From Dimorphilus gyrociliatus (taxonomy: Eukaryota > Animalia > Annelida): a DNA stretch of 64,000 bases. Both the position numbers and the translations under genes were made by a program. The stretch covers positions 682,001 through 746,000 of the forward strand of contig CAJFCJ010000010.1 in assembly GCA_904063045.1 (NCBI GenBank). Direction: 5' to 3'. The notes below the pieces were generated by a model. The model did no database searches. It was not told the origin of the DNA and was given only the letters and a program-made list of their open reading frames with translations. Below are positions 61,750-64,000 of the stretch, piece by piece. Position 1 is the stretch's first letter, and each line of letters opens with the position of its first letter.

Positions 61750-64000
61750 AATGATTCCAGCTATCAATTCGCACTTTCTACGGACTGTTTGGATAAAATT
61801 ATACTTCTAATAATAATAATAAACAAACTTTTCCCTTTGTTTATTTCTTGTCGAAGGTTCGATCGTACGACTTCTTCAAGTCTCTTCGTTCTATCTTGTT
61901 TTGAATCGCTTGTTATTTCTCCGGGCGTGTTCGTTTTGGATATTCTTCTGTCTAGAACTACTTTCTTTGTTGCTCTCCTGTAAGGATATCTCTTAACTTG
62001 ACTTATTAAAAAAAGTTTTCAATCACCTTATCACATTTTTCATTAATCTTACATACTTTATTTTTTCTTCATAATCCATTGATTTATCCAATGTACTTGT
62101 TGCTAATACGAGAATTAGAGTCGATAAACGGTGATATATCATACCAATACTTTGTAGTACTAAAATAGAAAAAGACAAAGAAACCTAAGAAAACAATTCC
62201 AATAGGATCAATCTTTTCTTTTGGAGTTTTGTTTGACAGTGGTCAAGTGACTCTCCACCTTTCATTCATTTGAAGAGTTAAAACAACTGTTATCAAAAGT
62301 AAATTGGAGAGAAACATCATCGTACAAAATTCATTTTTTTCCTTTCTTAAACCTTTAATAATGAAAAATAAAAGATTAACTACCCTATTCATTTATGGCT
62401 ATACTCGCCATTTTCAATTTCCTTCTCTTTATCAAGGCTAAGCTCTTTTTTCAGGATTAAAATGAAATTTAATTAACTTTTCAAAATAAACAATGTCGCG
62501 TGAGGACAGAATTTTCTTAGAAAAACATTTTATATCGGGATCGTCAGTAAAATCAAACAAAGAGACATTTTGTTGTTCTAAATAAACATTGTCCAAGTTA
62601 GTCTCCTGTGGATACCCTCCTTCCGCTGAATTCACTATATCAGGATTGTGAGATTAGAATTTTTGTATTCCTCTTTTTTATTATTAGCCTTTTATACTTG
62701 CTACTATCGTTGATGTTGGTGATGGACTGTTTTAGATATTTTCGTTGTCTATAACAGAAGGAGCTATAAAAAATTACGTTTTTTTGTGTGAATTATAAAT
62801 TTATACTCATAATAAAGAAATGACCTTGATTGGTATTTTCATTTCTGGAAAAAGTAAAATCGTTTGATGTTGAACTCTTTCTATTTGTACAGCACGAACA
62901 ACAACTCTGCTTTAAATGTTTAAAGAAGAAAATATTAAAATACAAGTATAAAATATGCTGTTCTTTTAATAATTAATATTTATCAGCTTATCCCAAAATT
63001 TGACTTTTTCTTATCTGAGAGTTGTGTAGATTCTCTGACACCCCACCCAACGTCATTCATTTTAGAAAACGCATAGATTTGTAAAAGTAAATACATAGAA
63101 GGAATCAAAAAGAAATATATCACTCCACAGAAAACATTCATTGATTCCAGTGGATGTAGAATTGCTGCCATTAGAAATATCGCTGTAACAAAGAGAAAAA
63201 ACATGGACGTTGGTGATTGCCAGTCCGTTATTATATCTTTAAAAATAGCAATAATTACAAGCATTATACTATAGTATACAATACAGTAAAAACTCGAGCC
63301 AGTAAAAGCTGCATATAATGCGGTTGATTAGATAAATTTTATAAAATAAACGTAACACTTATTATTTACCGTTGTCTTTTTATTTTCAGAAAAGAAGCAG
63401 GAAAGTGCGATTATCATAACTGGGATGACATTAATTAAAATAGAAACCCATGCAGGAATAGCCGTTGAATTAAATTTTTGAGAGGCGAAGATGACAGAAC
63501 CTATCATTACCAAGAGAATAGCAGCTAGACCAAACATTGAAGAAATGAACAGTATTATTTGTTGGGTGTATCAGACTTTTGAGCGTAAGTTTGGATAATA
63601 CCAGACTTGTCCGCTAACGCTGATGCTCTAAACAAAGAAAAACATCCTGTCGCGCACAAAACACAACCGAAAATATGTTCGGTGGATTTTTGTAGCCAAT
63701 GTTCAATGGCGTATTCAAATTTTTGATACCACATTACCAGGATAAGTTTATCTAAAATAATGTTCATCTGATGAGGAAATGTAAGTCTGGAGAAAATGAA
63801 AGTTCACCTTGACTAACAGGATGTATTCTTCCACAAGCTGCTCCGATTGAAGGATCTTGCTGAGTGACCTCAATAAGTCTATGAACAGCCTCTGGCTAAT
63901 TAGAAACTATTCTATAATAGTTGTTGAAATACAAATAAACTTTACTTTAAATTCAACATCTTCATCCAAGGCTAGGATAAACATATTTTCTAATTCTTTT
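61750..64000 (-). pseudogene. CHS: Chitin synthase pseudogene (3' part; 5' end lies beyond the window)
   Basis: Intron-containing segments: 64000-63946 (FILALDEDVEFK), 63895-63808 (GAACGRIHP), 63751-63370 (WYQKFEYAIEHWLQK...GCVLC..GCFSLFR), 63308 to ~62990 (AAILHP, IPSMYLLL, WGVRE), ~62635-62409 (DDPDI...LIK), 62352 to ~62060 (DPIGIVF, HRLSTL). The EDR/QRRRW region is absent. Lesions: stop at 63557-63555, frameshifts at ~63266 and ~62171, TGA at 62245-62243, further stops around 62730-62650. The lower boundary is approximate. Confidence 0.88.

Noticed and set aside
1-64000. Most other 60-95 aa ORFs in the track (F/L/I/Y/K-rich)
   Set aside because: They translate low-complexity AT-rich or microsatellite DNA, or are antisense shadows of real exons.
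1-64000. CRISPR arrays, prokaryotic operons, rRNA, intact transposase or reverse transcriptase
   Set aside because: None seen; spliceosomal introns and metazoan genes establish a eukaryotic locus, and no regularly spaced repeats or transposase/RT motifs were recognised.

Overview
AT-rich eukaryotic (invertebrate animal) genomic DNA, roughly 30% GC by eye. It mixes very short introns (46-100 nt) with a few multi-kb ones. This is compatible with a compact spiralian genome such as a meiofaunal annelid, but the taxon is an unverified guess. Four recognisable loci were reconstructed by hand. (1) A discoidin domain receptor tyrosine kinase (DDR, + strand, 7 exons, ~13997-41031, ~853 aa); exons 1-4 and the start of exon 5 are absent from the ORF track, and intron 1 is ~18 kb. 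(2) A 6-exon type-B carboxylesterase (+, 47013-49044, 552 aa) with an intact Ser/Glu/His triad but a rewritten oxyanion hole (CCAN in place of HGGG). (3) An intronless, divergent rhodopsin-like GPCR (+, 54665-55759) with a large Cys-rich first extracellular loop. (4) A chitin synthase copy (- strand, ~61750 to beyond the window end) that has lost the whole EDR...QRRRW catalytic segment and carries several frameshifts and stops, i.e. a pseudogene. Two candidate orphan genes with C-terminal hydrophobic tails lie at 1196-1568 (-, spliced) and 51266-51619 (+). Non-coding signals are: many TA-CAG/CTG-TA motifs in (TA)n tracts resembling Tc1/mariner excision footprints, CTCF-like motifs, clustered TCACGTGA E-boxes, a duplicated 21-mer containing a Su(H)/CSL site, and G-quadruplex motifs. 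No tRNA, rRNA, CRISPR array or intact transposon was recognised. All exon models and motif counts are by eye and need RNA-seq or alignment confirmation.
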